From Escherichia phage NJ01, in sequence record NC_018835.1: DNA of 64,000 bases; one strand, given 5' to 3'. Within the stretch, counting starts at the first letter, position 1, and each line of letters starts with the position of its first letter. Made by a program: the position numbers and the translations under genes. Positions 28,609-40,696 of this stretch are shown here, one piece after another. Under the pieces are notes generated by a model that saw nothing but the letters and a program-made list of their open reading frames with translations, was not told where the DNA came from and made no database searches.

Positions 28609-29661
28609 ATGTCTTTATTTGGAAAATCAGCTTCTAGCAAAACCACAGTGGCTCCTTCCTCTCAGGTTGATGCCCTGCTGAAGCAGATTGTTGCTAATGC
28701 TCAGAATATGCAGAACAACGATCAGGGATTTATTTCCCAACAGCTGGCTGGGTTTAATGGCAACCAACAAGGTGCTCTGAATAACTTAGCAGCTTCTACA
28801 ACTCAAAAACAATTGGCTGATATGTACACACCTCGTACACAGCAAGGTTTGGACCAACTGAACTCTCTTGCCAAACAGTATCAGAATATTGTTAATGGTG
28901 GCGGTTTAACTGCTGATGGTGTTAACAACTTTAGTAAAGGATTAAATAGCTCAGCTCTTGCTCAGGCTACTAGCAAAGCAGCTTCTAATGTTTCTCTTGG
29001 CAATGGCTCTGATTCAGGCTCTCTCCGTAGGGCTGCGGCTCAAGGGGCGGCTTTGAATGGTGCTAATACAAATCTATCTCGTACCATCAATGGTAAGAAC
29101 ATGGGAATCAGTGCTCTTCAACAAGACCAGAACTTCCAGAGAGGTTTGCTTGGTGCTCAGTCTGGTTTAGCTGGACAGAATCTCAATCTTGGTGCTCAAG
29201 GTGTTCAGGCAACTCAGCAAGCTATCCAGAATCAACTTATGGCTGGTAATCTACAACAGCAACAAGCTCAAGCTCAAGCAGATATCAATTGGCAAAACGC
29301 TATTGGTTCTCAGCAGTATGGATGGAATCAGCTTAACAACCAGCTTAATGTATTAAACAGTGTAAGCCCGATGGCTGGATACACAATTAAGAATGCTGCT
29401 CCGGGAGTTAATACTGGACAACAGCTCCTAGGTGCTGGTATCACTGGCTTGGGTATTGCAGGTCGTTTGGGTGCTTTCTCTCCTAACCAACAGACCCAGA
29501 ATGCTTGGAGTTCCTATAACAACTCAGGTGGGCAGTCTGGTATGGCTGGTCCTATGATTGGAGGTTCTAATCTTTCTCAACAGAAAGGTCAGTCTAACTG
29601 GTTATCCACAACGGGTAATAATATCTTAGGCGGTGTCTTAGGGGCATTCGGAGCAAACTAA
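28609..29661 (+). CDS. Q/N/G-rich low-complexity internal virion protein
   Basis: Gln/Asn/Gly/Ser-rich; paralog of next gene (shared MxLFGxxxSKTT N-terminus). Confidence 0.45.
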   Translation: MSLFGKSASSKTTVAPSSQVDALLKQIVANAQNMQNNDQGFISQQLAGFNGNQQGALNNLAASTTQKQLADMYTPRTQQGLDQLNSLAKQYQNIVNGGGLTADGVNNFSKGLNSSALAQATSKAASNVSLGNGSDSGSLRRAAAQGAALNGANTNLSRTINGKNMGISALQQDQNFQRGLLGAQSGLAGQNLNLGAQGVQATQQAIQNQLMAGNLQQQQAQAQADINWQNAIGSQQYGWNQLNNQLNVLNSVSPMAGYTIKNAAPGVNTGQQLLGAGITGLGIAGRLGAFSPNQQTQNAWSSYNNSGGQSGMAGPMIGGSNLSQQKGQSNWLSTTGNNILGGVLGAFGAN

Positions 29662-29673
29662 AGGAGATTTGAT

Positions 29674-30642
29674 ATGGCTTTATTTGGAGGAGGGAATAGT
29701 AAAACTACTTCCCAAATGATTCGCCCTGAATACATTCAACAGTATATTGACCAGCTTAACCAGCAGATTGGTAATACTAGTTCAGGGGATTATGTTTATC
29801 GTGACAATGTAGGGTTTAATAACAACCAGACAGAAGCTCTTAACAACTTGGCACAATCTGGTGCTCTAGGGACTCTCTCACAACAATACATGGATGCAGC
29901 AGGCCAAGGGTTGGGTTATCTAGATAATGCCTATAAAGGCTACCAGAGCCTTTCTGGACAAGGTGGGGTTACTGGAGAACAGATTGGTGCTCTTGCTGGT
30001 CAATTGTATGATGACGATGCTGTGCAAGCAGCTATTACAGCTAATAACGAACAAGTTCAACAGAACCTAGCACGTAATGCTTTGCCTCAGTTAGCTCAAC
30101 AGTATGCTGGTCAGCAGGGTTCAGGTGCTCGTATGGCTAAATCTTTCGCTCAAGGCGATGCTCTGAATCAGATGCAAGGACAAGCAACAGATATTACCAA
30201 TAGCGCCTATAACTCAGCTATTAGTCAAGCTGAAAGCATCCTCTCTGGTAATAGGCAGAATCAGGCAGCTGCTCTCTCAGGTCTTTCTACTATCGGTTCT
30301 AATCTTTCTAACTTAGGCCAGCAAGGTGCTAATTTGTCTCAACAGCAAATGATGAATCAATGGAATGCAGGGTTGCAGCAACAACAGCAACAACAGAATG
30401 AATATGATAATGCCTACCAGAATGCTCAGAACGCAGCTAATTGGGGATGGCAAGATATCAACAACCAACTCGGTGCAGCAGGTGTACTTAACGGCGCTCT
30501 CGGACAAACTACAACTACTAAAACATCTGGTGGGGGTGGTGGCTTCTTAGGTGGAGCTATGAGTGGTGCAGCAGCTGGTTCTTCTTTTGGTCCTTGGGGT
30601 GCTTTGGCTGGAGGGGTGATTGGCGGGATGGCTAGTTCTTAA
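29674..30642 (+). CDS. Q/N/G-rich low-complexity internal virion protein (paralog)
   Basis: polyQ stretch QQQQQQQ, Gly-rich C-terminus. Confidence 0.45.
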   Translation: MALFGGGNSKTTSQMIRPEYIQQYIDQLNQQIGNTSSGDYVYRDNVGFNNNQTEALNNLAQSGALGTLSQQYMDAAGQGLGYLDNAYKGYQSLSGQGGVTGEQIGALAGQLYDDDAVQAAITANNEQVQQNLARNALPQLAQQYAGQQGSGARMAKSFAQGDALNQMQGQATDITNSAYNSAISQAESILSGNRQNQAAALSGLSTIGSNLSNLGQQGANLSQQQMMNQWNAGLQQQQQQQNEYDNAYQNAQNAANWGWQDINNQLGAAGVLNGALGQTTTTKTSGGGGGFLGGAMSGAAAGSSFGPWGALAGGVIGGMASS

Positions 30643-30655
30643 TTAGGAGATAAAT

Positions 30656-32305
30656 ATGCAACAGACAACTTATGCTCAGGTCAGAAGTCGCGACCCGAGA
30701 AATACTTTCTATGGTGTTAATCCGGGAGCGGCTTCGGCCTCTCCTTATATGGCTAGACCTATTCAGACATCAGATGTTTCTATGTACCAACGTCCTGCTG
30801 TACCTGCTGGACTTTCCCGTCTTGTAGGTCAAACTTCAGTAGATTATCAGAACATGCTGAACCCTGTTCAGAGTAATGGACTCCCTTCTGATATTCCTAA
30901 TGACGTACAACCTCAAGCACAACAAGCTGTAACTCTTCCTGAGCCTAACAATCAGGAAACTGTGCAAGATGCCGGACCTTCTCCTTCTTCTATTCCTCAG
31001 GAATCAGAACCTCTTCCGGTAACACCTCCCACTAAACCGCTAGAAGCTGGTCCTATGGAGTTTACTCCTTCTCAGGTGGAACAGGCACAAGGTGTGGTTA
31101 ACACTCTTGCTCAAGGACAAGACACTGGTGATGGTATGGCTGCTGCTACTCGTGCTAAAGATCAGGAACGTGTTAACAATGACATCATGCAGGTTGCTAA
31201 AGCTAAAGACCCTTCAGAAGCTTGGAATAAACTACAGAAAGAACCTTTCTATCAGAACTCTAGTTTCTATACAGGTTTGATGGGTGTAGGTCTCTCTATC
31301 ATGTCAGGTAAGTCTCCTATCGAAGCGTTCCAGATTGGTCAAGGAATGGCTAATCAAGATGAGACTAAGAAGCAACTAGAAGCTAACCGTGATGCATTGG
31401 TTGAACAGGGTTTCTCTCAAGACTCAATTGCAGCTGCTATAGCTCAGGGTGATCCTTCTCTTCTGAAGATGAAAGCTAAAGACCCTCTTCAACAGGAAGC
31501 TCTGTATGCTGCTCGTGAAGAACGTCAGAATGCTGAGTGGGATAGACGTCAACAGATTCAAGAACAGACTATGCGTGAGCGTGCTGATGAGACTCGACGT
31601 GCCGCTGAAGAAAGAGCTAACATGAACTTTGAACGTCAGAAAGAGTTGATCGGCTTCCGTGATAAGGTTAAGGCTGAACGTGCTGAACAAGCTGCTCAGA
31701 GTTTTAACTTTAACCCGAAAGAAGTTCGTCTTGCTCAGAACACCGCTGAAGGTACAGTTGCTAAGCAGTGGGCTGAGAAGGGTGGTCTGTTTAATCAGTC
31801 CAACAAAGACTTGGATTTGGCTGACAAAGCAGTTAAAGATAAAGATTACCAGACAGCTCGTTCTGCTTACATGCAGGCTATTATGAACTCTGCAAGGGCT
31901 GAAATTGGTGCTACTCGCTCTCTTACCGAAGAAGACTTGGGACATTTTGCAGAAGACCCATCGGTCTTTATCCGTGTAGGTAACAAGTTTGCTCTGAAGT
32001 CAGGATGGCGTCCTACTGACTCTGCTCTTTCTTATGCTCGTAAGCAGGCCAATGTTGGTCACACCTCTGCGATGAAAGGTGTTGCTGATGCTAAGAGAGC
32101 TACTATCGAAGCATATATTGGTTCTGGTATGGACAAGAAAAGAGCTACTGCATTGGTTAACCGTGCAATTCCTTCTGGTGGTTTCTATGACCCTCTCGGT
32201 GTTTTCTCTGAGCAAGCAGAAGAGTCAGTTGGTGGTGCAGCAACCAATCCTAAACTGAATGGTGCTCTATCGGCTGTTGAAGACACTAGCTGGTTCACTG
32301 AGTAA
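30656..32305 (+). CDS. internal virion protein with hydrophobic segment (549 aa)
   Basis: Pro/Gln-rich N-terminus, hydrophobic FYTGLMGVGLSIMSG, coiled-coil. Confidence 0.45.
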   Translation: MQQTTYAQVRSRDPRNTFYGVNPGAASASPYMARPIQTSDVSMYQRPAVPAGLSRLVGQTSVDYQNMLNPVQSNGLPSDIPNDVQPQAQQAVTLPEPNNQETVQDAGPSPSSIPQESEPLPVTPPTKPLEAGPMEFTPSQVEQAQGVVNTLAQGQDTGDGMAAATRAKDQERVNNDIMQVAKAKDPSEAWNKLQKEPFYQNSSFYTGLMGVGLSIMSGKSPIEAFQIGQGMANQDETKKQLEANRDALVEQGFSQDSIAAAIAQGDPSLLKMKAKDPLQQEALYAAREERQNAEWDRRQQIQEQTMRERADETRRAAEERANMNFERQKELIGFRDKVKAERAEQAAQSFNFNPKEVRLAQNTAEGTVAKQWAEKGGLFNQSNKDLDLADKAVKDKDYQTARSAYMQAIMNSARAEIGATRSLTEEDLGHFAEDPSVFIRVGNKFALKSGWRPTDSALSYARKQANVGHTSAMKGVADAKRATIEAYIGSGMDKKRATALVNRAIPSGGFYDPLGVFSEQAEESVGGAATNPKLNGALSAVEDTSWFTE

Positions 32306-32325
32306 TACCTAAGTCCTGCCTTCTA

Positions 32326-32334
32326 TAATGTATA
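32326..32334 (+). promoter_or_regulatory. TAATGTATA promoter-like element
   Basis: Exact TAATGTATA 37 nt upstream of ATG at 32372. Confidence 0.45.
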
Positions 32335-32371
32335 TAGGGGGTAGGACATTTTATTTATAAAAGGAGACGTT

Positions 32372-35300
32372 ATGGCTAACATTAAACCGTGGGAAGAAGC
32401 TTCCAAAGCTCCTGCGTATCTGAATGCCTCTCCGGAGCGTCAAGCTCAAATGAGAGAACAATATAAGGCAGCAGGTGGCTCTATTCCTGAGGAACAACCA
32501 GTAGCACAACCACAACAAGAAGAACGTGGTGCTGTAGGTGAGTTTGCTCAAGGTGTGTCAAATGCTCTTCAGTCCGGCAGTGCTAATATCTCTGCTAACC
32601 TTTCTAGAGGTATTGGTGGTTTAGTTGAGATTGGTGAAGACCTAGTTGGAGCACAAACCGGCTATGGTAAACGTATGCAAGAGAACGCCCAGAACCTTCT
32701 TAAAGATCGTATGGATAAGATTGAGGATGGGATTGGTAAAACTGCTGGTCAGTATGCTGGAGTGGTTGCTGACATTGGTTTGACAGTTGCTAACCCGTTA
32801 GCTGCCGCTGCTATCATCGCAGGTCGTGAGACAGGTCGTGCATATGCAGACCAAACCCCTAAAGAGGGAGAAGACAAATCCGTTCTGGATGCAGCTCTTG
32901 TTGGTGGTGCTAACTATGCAGCTCAGAGAATTCTTCCGGGTGCTGTTGGTACAGCTGAATCCGCACTTGGTCGTATCGGTCAGAACGTTGCTAGTAACGC
33001 AGTGGCTGGTGCTAAGGGTGGTGCTATTGTTGGTGCTGCTGAAGCTCAGAACAAACATGGTGACGATAACAACCTAGCCAAGACATTAGAAGGTGTTATA
33101 GAAGAAGGGGCTATGGGTGCTGCATTTGGTGGTGCAGTTGGTGGTGTTCATGGTTTGATTAGTCGTCCAGATTCTGCTGTCTTTAAGAATACTCCAGAGT
33201 ATGCAAAGACTGACATTGCTGCTGATGATGAATTAATTCGTAGTGCTAAGAACGTTGATGAACTGAAAGAAGCCTACTCTAAAGCTGATACTGCTAACGC
33301 TGCTTCTGCTCTTAATCTTCTGGATGAGAATGGATTCCGTATCACGGACGCTGTTGCTGTGGATTCTCCTGCTGCTCAGCGTATTCTTAATACAGACCAA
33401 GCTCGTGCTGAGAAAGCTGCTTCTGCTCAGAAAGAGCATTCTAACATTCCGGGCCTTAATCCTTTGGCTTCTCCTGCTAAAGTTCGTGGTAAAGCATTCG
33501 CTGATAATGAACACAATCAGAAGCAAGCTGTCGCTATGAAAGATGCAATGGCTGACTACACCAAGGATAACACGAAAGCTCTTACAGATGTTCTAGATAA
33601 CCTAGACCGTGAATTAACTTCTCTTAGAGCATCTGGACACTTCACCGGTAGTCCACTTGACGTTAAGAATCGCACACAAGCTGACCGTGATTTCATTGAT
33701 GCTTACAAGACTTTCTACAACGAGGCGAATCGATTCAAAGCTCGTGATGGTGAAGACTTTAATAACTTTGTAGAGAAAGCTGCTGAGCTACAGAAGATGG
33801 CTGATAACGTTTCTCCAGAGATGAAGAAAGCTATTGGCGGGTTGAAGAAACTGAAAGGTATGCCTGAAGGTTTTAATCCCATTCAAGATGCCTACACTCT
33901 GAACAATACAGCTAAATTCATGAGCAACCAAGACCGTGGTTGGACTTCCCTGACTGATGATGGCTTCCGTGAGACTTCTTCTCCTAGTCTGGTTATGAAC
34001 ACCCTTGGTGCTGCTAAGTATGCTATAAACCGCTTCTCTTCTCAGCGTGCTCGCTCTCAACGTGTTAAGCAACAAGAGGCTAACAGTGAAGCTATCCGCT
34101 CTCTGGCTCGTGGTGATTTGGAAGTTGCTCGTGCTAAATCTACTGCTGATGAAGCTCGTGCTAAAATGGAAGAAGAACCAGTTGTTGATGACATTAAATT
34201 CAAGACGCAAAATGACGTAGAAACCGAACCGGTTCGGGAGCCTTCTTCTAGTACTGTGACGGAAGAAAATCTTCCTTCTTCTGCTCCTCAAGAATCTCCT
34301 CTTACAGCTCGTGATTTAGTTGCGCAAAGACGTGCTATCCGTCAGGCTGAACAGCGTCGTGCTGAAGAAGAGGCAGCTGCTGCTCAAGAAGCTCCGGTTG
34401 AACAGGCTCCACAGGCTGAACCACTCCCTGCTCGTAATCCTTTAGAGGAACGTCGTGCAATGGAACAGCAACGTGCTCAAGAAGAGGCCGCACAGGCTCC
34501 AGAACCAACCGTAGAGGAACCAACAGCCAAAGCTGAGCCATTACCTGCTCGTGCTCCTAAAGCTCCTGAGGAAGCTGTACAGGACGTTAAACCGGAAAGC
34601 GGTATAGAGTACCTAGCTGCTATGTCAAGTACTGCTCGTCAAGTTGCTAGAGATCGTGCAACACGTTTTGCTAAATCCTTATACTCTAAGGCTGCTAAGG
34701 CTAAAGCTACTGCTGAAAACTTCTTAGCTTACAAAGGCGACCCTTTGGAGTTGATGCGTCGTATTCGTCGGGAAGATAATGCTATCAACACTGAACGTCA
34801 TGAAGAGATGGCTCGTAATCAGTTAGCTTCTCAGCAAGGTATTGCTACTGCTAAGAACAACACTGTACGAACTAATTTTGCTGAATGGGTTAAGGAACGT
34901 GGTCTGCCAGAAGACATTGCTACTAAGGCATTACGTGCTGAAGAGAAAGGTTTAGGTGGGAACGTGACTAACTTAGATAGTCTGAAACGTCGTGCTGAGA
35001 GATTGTATCAGAAGCAGCGTGAGGATGAGTTTGATAGGCTGTACCAAGAAGCTCTGGAAGAGAACAAAGCTTTCGATAAGAAGGATGCTCCTAAATTGGT
35101 TGACCAGAAGAAAGAGCTTCAGTCTGAGATTGATACTTTGATTGATTCAGAACCTTTACGTCCTGCTCAGAAAGATGCTATGCGCAAGCTGATGAATGAT
35201 TATGTAGATGGGAAGTTTAAATCTTCAGAGAAGGCTGGTAGAGAAGAGGCTTTGGAAGTTGGTCAGATGAAGGATGTTTGGGATGGGTTTATTAACACCT

Positions 35301-36793
35301 ATAACAGAGAAGTGAATGCCTTCAACAAAGCTAACAAGAACTCTCAATACGAAGCTGCTGCTAAACACTTGCAGGCTCGTGAAGAACGTCTTGCTACTCT
35401 GAGAAATAAAGCTCAGGCTCGTTCAGATGCTAAAGCTGCTGTTGAAAATGAACGTAAAACTCTAGAGGCTATTGCAGCTCAGAAGAGTGAGATTGAGAAG
35501 ATGATGGAAGGTTTACCTAAGCCTGTTCGTGAAGCTCAGGAATCTCGTACATTGAAACAGTTGGCTGCTCACCATGATAAGAACTCTCCAGTTCCTCCAG
35601 AGAAGTTCCGTAGTTACATTGAACGTATCCATAACGCCGAGTCAGATTACCTTGACCGTCAGCGTCGTTTAACTGATGCAGAGGAAGATGCTCGTCAGGC
35701 TAAGTGGAATAAGATGTATGAGCAAGCGGAAGAGATGGACCGTAAATTTGATATAGACAAAAGAGTTAAACGCAGTGAAGAGCTTAAAGCGGCTCAGAAG
35801 CGTGAGAATGATCTCATGGCAGTACAACGTCAACGTGACGACATTCATCGTCGCCTGATGCATACTTTGGAAGATAAAGGCATATCTAAAGAGGATGCTG
35901 AAGCATTTGCTGGTTCCTACATGGATAACCGTTATGCACTTCTTGATAAGCCTATGACTCCTACTGAACATCAGAATGCTCGTTCTCGTATCGAAGCTGA
36001 TGTTGAGAAGTTTGCTAAGAAGTACGAATCAATGACCCCTATCGAGAAAGAGATTGTTAAGATTACTGGAGATACTGAAGGTAAGCTTGATAACTTGGAT
36101 GCGGATACTAGGAAGGCTGTTGAGGAGGCTCAGAAGGTTGACTCTGATATTAAGAAACTGCAAGAGGAAGAGTTGGAGATGGAGAAGATTCGTTCTGCTC
36201 TGCCTGACGATGAAAAATCTCAAGCAAATTCTGATATCTTGGAAAGTATCAAACAGCAGGAAGAAGTCTTTGCTGATAAAGTAGAGAAAGCTTTCTTAAG
36301 CGGGAAGAGCTTGGATGAGTTGGCTAGTGTGGCTGAAGTTTTAGACAGGGTTCATGGTGCAGACAAGGCTGGTAACAACCGTCGCTTTGTACGTGCATTG
36401 CAGACTGCTGCTGAAAACAAGAAGAAGTATGGTGATAATCCGGTAGCTTGGTTTAGTGCTGATGATTATTCTGCTATTGCTAAACTTGGTGCTTCTTCCG
36501 CAGGTGGTAACAAATCTAGAGCACTGGAGAAGATCTTTGGTTCTACAGCTGAACAAGCTAAGAGTAAGTTGCTTGGTAGGGATGATGTAGCGAAGATGAG
36601 ACGTGTAATTGAAGAGAACCCTGATGTTAAGATTCCTTCTTACAAGACAACGAATCGTACTGAGTACTTGCAGTTCTTGGAGAAGTTTAATGACGAAGGG
36701 AAGCCGAAGATTAAACGTGGCTCATTGTCAGAGAAGCTTGAACGCAGTAAGCGTCAATCGAGACTCCGTGTAAGAGTTCGACCTAAGGAGTGA
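32372..36793 (+). CDS. large internal virion / ejection protein (1473 aa), coiled-coil rich
   Basis: Very long charged alpha-helical ORF at end of structural module; not clearly a tape measure. Confidence 0.55.
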   Translation: MANIKPWEEASKAPAYLNASPERQAQMREQYKAAGGSIPEEQPVAQPQQEERGAVGEFAQGVSNALQSGSANISANLSRGIGGLVEIGEDLVGAQTGYGKRMQENAQNLLKDRMDKIEDGIGKTAGQYAGVVADIGLTVANPLAAAAIIAGRETGRAYADQTPKEGEDKSVLDAALVGGANYAAQRILPGAVGTAESALGRIGQNVASNAVAGAKGGAIVGAAEAQNKHGDDNNLAKTLEGVIEEGAMGAAFGGAVGGVHGLISRPDSAVFKNTPEYAKTDIAADDELIRSAKNVDELKEAYSKADTANAASALNLLDENGFRITDAVAVDSPAAQRILNTDQARAEKAASAQKEHSNIPGLNPLASPAKVRGKAFADNEHNQKQAVAMKDAMADYTKDNTKALTDVLDNLDRELTSLRASGHFTGSPLDVKNRTQADRDFIDAYKTFYNEANRFKARDGEDFNNFVEKAAELQKMADNVSPEMKKAIGGLKKLKGMPEGFNPIQDAYTLNNTAKFMSNQDRGWTSLTDDGFRETSSPSLVMNTLGAAKYAINRFSSQRARSQRVKQQEANSEAIRSLARGDLEVARAKSTADEARAKMEEEPVVDDIKFKTQNDVETEPVREPSSSTVTEENLPSSAPQESPLTARDLVAQRRAIRQAEQRRAEEEAAAAQEAPVEQAPQAEPLPARNPLEERRAMEQQRAQEEAAQAPEPTVEEPTAKAEPLPARAPKAPEEAVQDVKPESGIEYLAAMSSTARQVARDRATRFAKSLYSKAAKAKATAENFLAYKGDPLELMRRIRREDNAINTERHEEMARNQLASQQGIATAKNNTVRTNFAEWVKERGLPEDIATKALRAEEKGLGGNVTNLDSLKRRAERLYQKQREDEFDRLYQEALEENKAFDKKDAPKLVDQKKELQSEIDTLIDSEPLRPAQKDAMRKLMNDYVDGKFKSSEKAGREEALEVGQMKDVWDGFINTYNREVNAFNKANKNSQYEAAAKHLQAREERLATLRNKAQARSDAKAAVENERKTLEAIAAQKSEIEKMMEGLPKPVREAQESRTLKQLAAHHDKNSPVPPEKFRSYIERIHNAESDYLDRQRRLTDAEEDARQAKWNKMYEQAEEMDRKFDIDKRVKRSEELKAAQKRENDLMAVQRQRDDIHRRLMHTLEDKGISKEDAEAFAGSYMDNRYALLDKPMTPTEHQNARSRIEADVEKFAKKYESMTPIEKEIVKITGDTEGKLDNLDADTRKAVEEAQKVDSDIKKLQEEELEMEKIRSALPDDEKSQANSDILESIKQQEEVFADKVEKAFLSGKSLDELASVAEVLDRVHGADKAGNNRRFVRALQTAAENKKKYGDNPVAWFSADDYSAIAKLGASSAGGNKSRALEKIFGSTAEQAKSKLLGRDDVAKMRRVIEENPDVKIPSYKTTNRTEYLQFLEKFNDEGKPKIKRGSLSEKLERSKRQSRLRVRVRPKE

Positions 36794-36794
36794 T

Positions 36795-36838
36795 AAAAGA
36801 AAAGCCCCAACCGAAAGGAAGGGGCTTTATTTATTTCT
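36795..36838. terminator. bidirectional terminator at convergence of structural and replication modules
   Basis: AAAGCCCC-12 nt loop-GGGGCTTT flanked by A-run upstream and TTATTTATTT downstream. Confidence 0.55.
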
Positions 36839-37242
36839 AGATTTTCTTGTAAGTGATAGTTCCTTCTTTAACAGCTTTATCATAAGCCGCTTTGAACTTT
36901 TTCATCATATCAATTTTGCTCTGTTTTATCTTTTCAAAAACCATCAAATTCGTCATACATCCCAATTCTCTTCAGAAGTCTGGATGTTCATCTTCAAAGC
37001 ATCCTGAGATGCCTCCGTAGAACCAATCTGATTTACTGCCAAGAATAACAACTCCTTCATTCATACACCCTCCTAGATTGTGTTTATAAAATTAGTAAGT
37101 TTCTCTTCGCTTTCATCAAAAGCTTTTCCAGCTGCTTCCATCTCCCAAGTTTCGGCATTGTCAATAAAGCTCTGAGCTTCTAATAGATCGTGGATTAAGT
37201 CGAAGAGTTTATTTTTATCTGCTTGTGTGATCATGTCAGTTC

Positions 37243-37611
37243 CTAGATTAAATCGTAATACTGAATAATGTCAGAGAGTTTGAACTCTCGAATCTCATCT
37301 TTCTCTACATCTATCGCTGTCATAATCCAACAAGGTTTGCCACCGTTATGAAAACGGGAGCTAGCAACGGAGGTTCGGAGTGGAATAACGGACCGGTCAG
37401 CAATCTCGCCTCTCCAATTGCGATAGCGAAAGCGAAGCACTTGTTGCGTAGATTTTTGATCATCACTCATTTCCTTTTTTGAATTGTTTTCTTGCATCAT
37501 TCTCTTCTTTTGTTTTAATCTTATGACAAGGGTCTTTACACAGAACCTGAAAACCTTCTTTTTCACATAGAGCACGAGAGATGATTTCATCCCAAGTTGC
37601 TTCATGGTCAA
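37243..37611 (-). CDS. hypothetical protein (start uncertain)
   Basis: ORF track; overlaps 3' part of next ORF in another frame. Confidence 0.3.
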   Translation of the reverse strand: MTMKQLGMKSSLVLYVKKKVFRFCVKTLVIRLKQKKRMMQENNSKKEMSDDQKSTQQVLRFRYRNWRGEIADRSVIPLRTSVASSRFHNGGKPCWIMTAIDVEKDEIREFKLSDIIQYYDLI

Positions 37612-37864
37612 GAGGGACTATAGGCTCTATGTGGTCAATAGCCATATCCTTTACAGGGTGGTCAGAACCACACATGGCACACTTAAAGTGCATTGCCAGT
37701 CTTCCTGTCTTTGGATTAATTTTCTGCTCTGTCTTGGCGTCTGCTAGTGCATCGAACATAGGCTTCCACTTTCTAGTCAGAGAACGAATCCCTGACTTGA
37801 TGAAAGAATTGTAACGAGCTTCAGTCCACATTCCAGAGCATCTAGTCTTCTCAGCCTTCGCCAT
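37463..37864 (-). CDS. HNH-type endonuclease-like zinc-finger protein
   Basis: KCAMCG...IDHIEPI...LCKDPCH resembles CxxC...DHIxP...CxxCH HNH signature. Confidence 0.45.
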   Translation of the reverse strand: MAKAEKTRCSGMWTEARYNSFIKSGIRSLTRKWKPMFDALADAKTEQKINPKTGRLAMHFKCAMCGSDHPVKDMAIDHIEPIVPLDHEATWDEIISRALCEKEGFQVLCKDPCHKIKTKEENDARKQFKKGNE

Positions 37865-38042
37865 AACCTACACTCATATCATCTTCTTCCCATACACGTT
37901 TATCCACTCGATGTGATACTTTTTCACGCTTTTCTTTAATATAGCGATTGCCTAATTCATGACTATATTTAATACGCTGCTCTTTTCGAGATTCGCGATT
38001 GGAGGAGTTTTCATCATATGAACGATAGTCAAATTTACCCAT
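37851..38042 (-). CDS. hypothetical protein (start moved to internal Met)
   Basis: Track ORF 37851..38150 overlaps flap-endonuclease gene; internal start avoids overlap. Confidence 0.3.
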   Translation of the reverse strand: MGKFDYRSYDENSSNRESRKEQRIKYSHELGNRYIKEKREKVSHRVDKRVWEEDDMSVGYGEG

Positions 38043-38052
38043 TATAATATCC

Positions 38053-38874
38053 TTATTCCCAAGTTTTTTCGAGCCACGACCAATCAAATAGGTCTTCCGG
38101 AGTCTGACCAACAAAGAGCAGCCGAGCATTCTCAAGCATCTTCTCTTCATCTTCAGTATCGAACTTCTTATAATATTCCATTCGTACTATATGATACATG
38201 GTCCACTTGTCTGTAACACCAGCCAATAACTTAGCTGCTGCTTTCTTCCCTATTCCTTGACGTCGAAGCTGAAGCTTACCGCCCCACATAACTTCTTTAC
38301 GTTCTCCACATCCGGGGATATTATCTGTACCATCTCCAACCAACATCTGATAGAAGAAGTTTTGCCATGAAACTAAATCAGATACATAGTGAGGAGGGAC
38401 TTCTTTCTGTCTTTCTCCACAAGCCCAACGGTAGTGCCATCCGGGAGTTATCAACAAATCCTTGTCTCTAGTACAGATGATAGTGTTCTTATCCCTACGT
38501 TGCCTTTCAGCTAGTGCATCATCAGCCTCTCTCCCAAATACATCTATATATTCATACTTACCTTTAATGTAATCACCAACGTTCTGCCAGTGAAAAGGTC
38601 TTTCTCCGGGAGGTCTGTTTGCTTTGTAGTCTTGCTGCTTAGCAACATCAAAACGGAAGTTACCGCCTTCGCTGAAGTAGAACACAACCTTACTGCAACC
38701 TGAGCGAGCAATGATAGTATCTATCTTGTACTGAAGTCGTTCAATCATGAAATTGTAATCAACTGGAACACGTCCTGTGTCAAGAAAGGGATGCTCCTGA
38801 GTAAGAGCACCCACTTCATATCGAAGAACGTCAGCATCCACTATAGCTACTTCAGGGAGCTTAACGTCTTCCAT
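38053..38874 (-). CDS. 5'-3' exonuclease / flap endonuclease (PIN-like)
   Basis: VDADVL, EADDALA, TRDKDLL, GDGTDNIPG acidic clusters typical of T5/T7 5' nucleases. Confidence 0.7.
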   Translation of the reverse strand: MEDVKLPEVAIVDADVLRYEVGALTQEHPFLDTGRVPVDYNFMIERLQYKIDTIIARSGCSKVVFYFSEGGNFRFDVAKQQDYKANRPPGERPFHWQNVGDYIKGKYEYIDVFGREADDALAERQRRDKNTIICTRDKDLLITPGWHYRWACGERQKEVPPHYVSDLVSWQNFFYQMLVGDGTDNIPGCGERKEVMWGGKLQLRRQGIGKKAAAKLLAGVTDKWTMYHIVRMEYYKKFDTEDEEKMLENARLLFVGQTPEDLFDWSWLEKTWE

Positions 38875-38875
38875 A

Positions 38876-39402
38876 TTATTCTCCTAACAGCTTACGAATT
38901 TCACTACGGAAATTATCATACTCTTCAGGGTATTCAAACCCGCATTCGAGAAGAGCATAATGAACAACCTTCAGCAAATCCTGAACCTTATTCTTATCTT
39001 TGTGTCGATAAGCGTATTTGATCATATTGGTTTGTTGGAAGTTCAACTGAGGGTTTGCATGATAAAATTCAACAGGCTGAATGATTTTAGATTCAGGGTT
39101 ATAGTGTGCACCACCAACCATAGTGTCTAAAGCTGGACTCCTTTTGCTGGTTTGTTCAGTTGTAGCTTTAAAGCTGACTACAGGAACAGAGGAATAAATT
39201 GGATACTCTTCACCTACTGGCGGCTTTACCATCAACTTTTTCATTGCAAATCGAATTTCTGTATCAGAGGAACATGAAGAGATTTCTTCAACAGATTTAC
39301 GATAACTGTCAATAACTGCACGTAGCATGGAGACTGTCTTAGTCTTCTCTTTTAACTTCTCTGTTAATACAATAACTTCTGCTCTTTTGGATTCAAACTC
39401 GG

Positions 39403-39412
<10 letters not shown>
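38876..39412 (-). CDS. DUF3310-like phage protein
   Basis: GGAHYNPESKIIQPVEFY...NMIKYAYRHKDKNKVQDLLKVVHYALL recalled as DUF3310 pattern. Confidence 0.4.

Positions 39413-40696
<1,284 letters not shown>

Noticed and set aside
32372-36793. 1473-aa protein as a siphovirus tape measure protein
   Set aside because: No tail tube, sheath or tail-assembly-chaperone genes nearby; composition is highly charged/coiled-coil without hydrophobic segments; gene set fits a short-tailed virion better. Not fully excluded.
37851-38150. Track start coordinates implying large same-strand overlaps (also 40955, 25727, 51769)
   Set aside because: The track uses the first possible start (including TTG/GTG); internal ATGs with Shine-Dalgarno sequences remove the overlaps and avoid terminator hairpins, so starts were moved.
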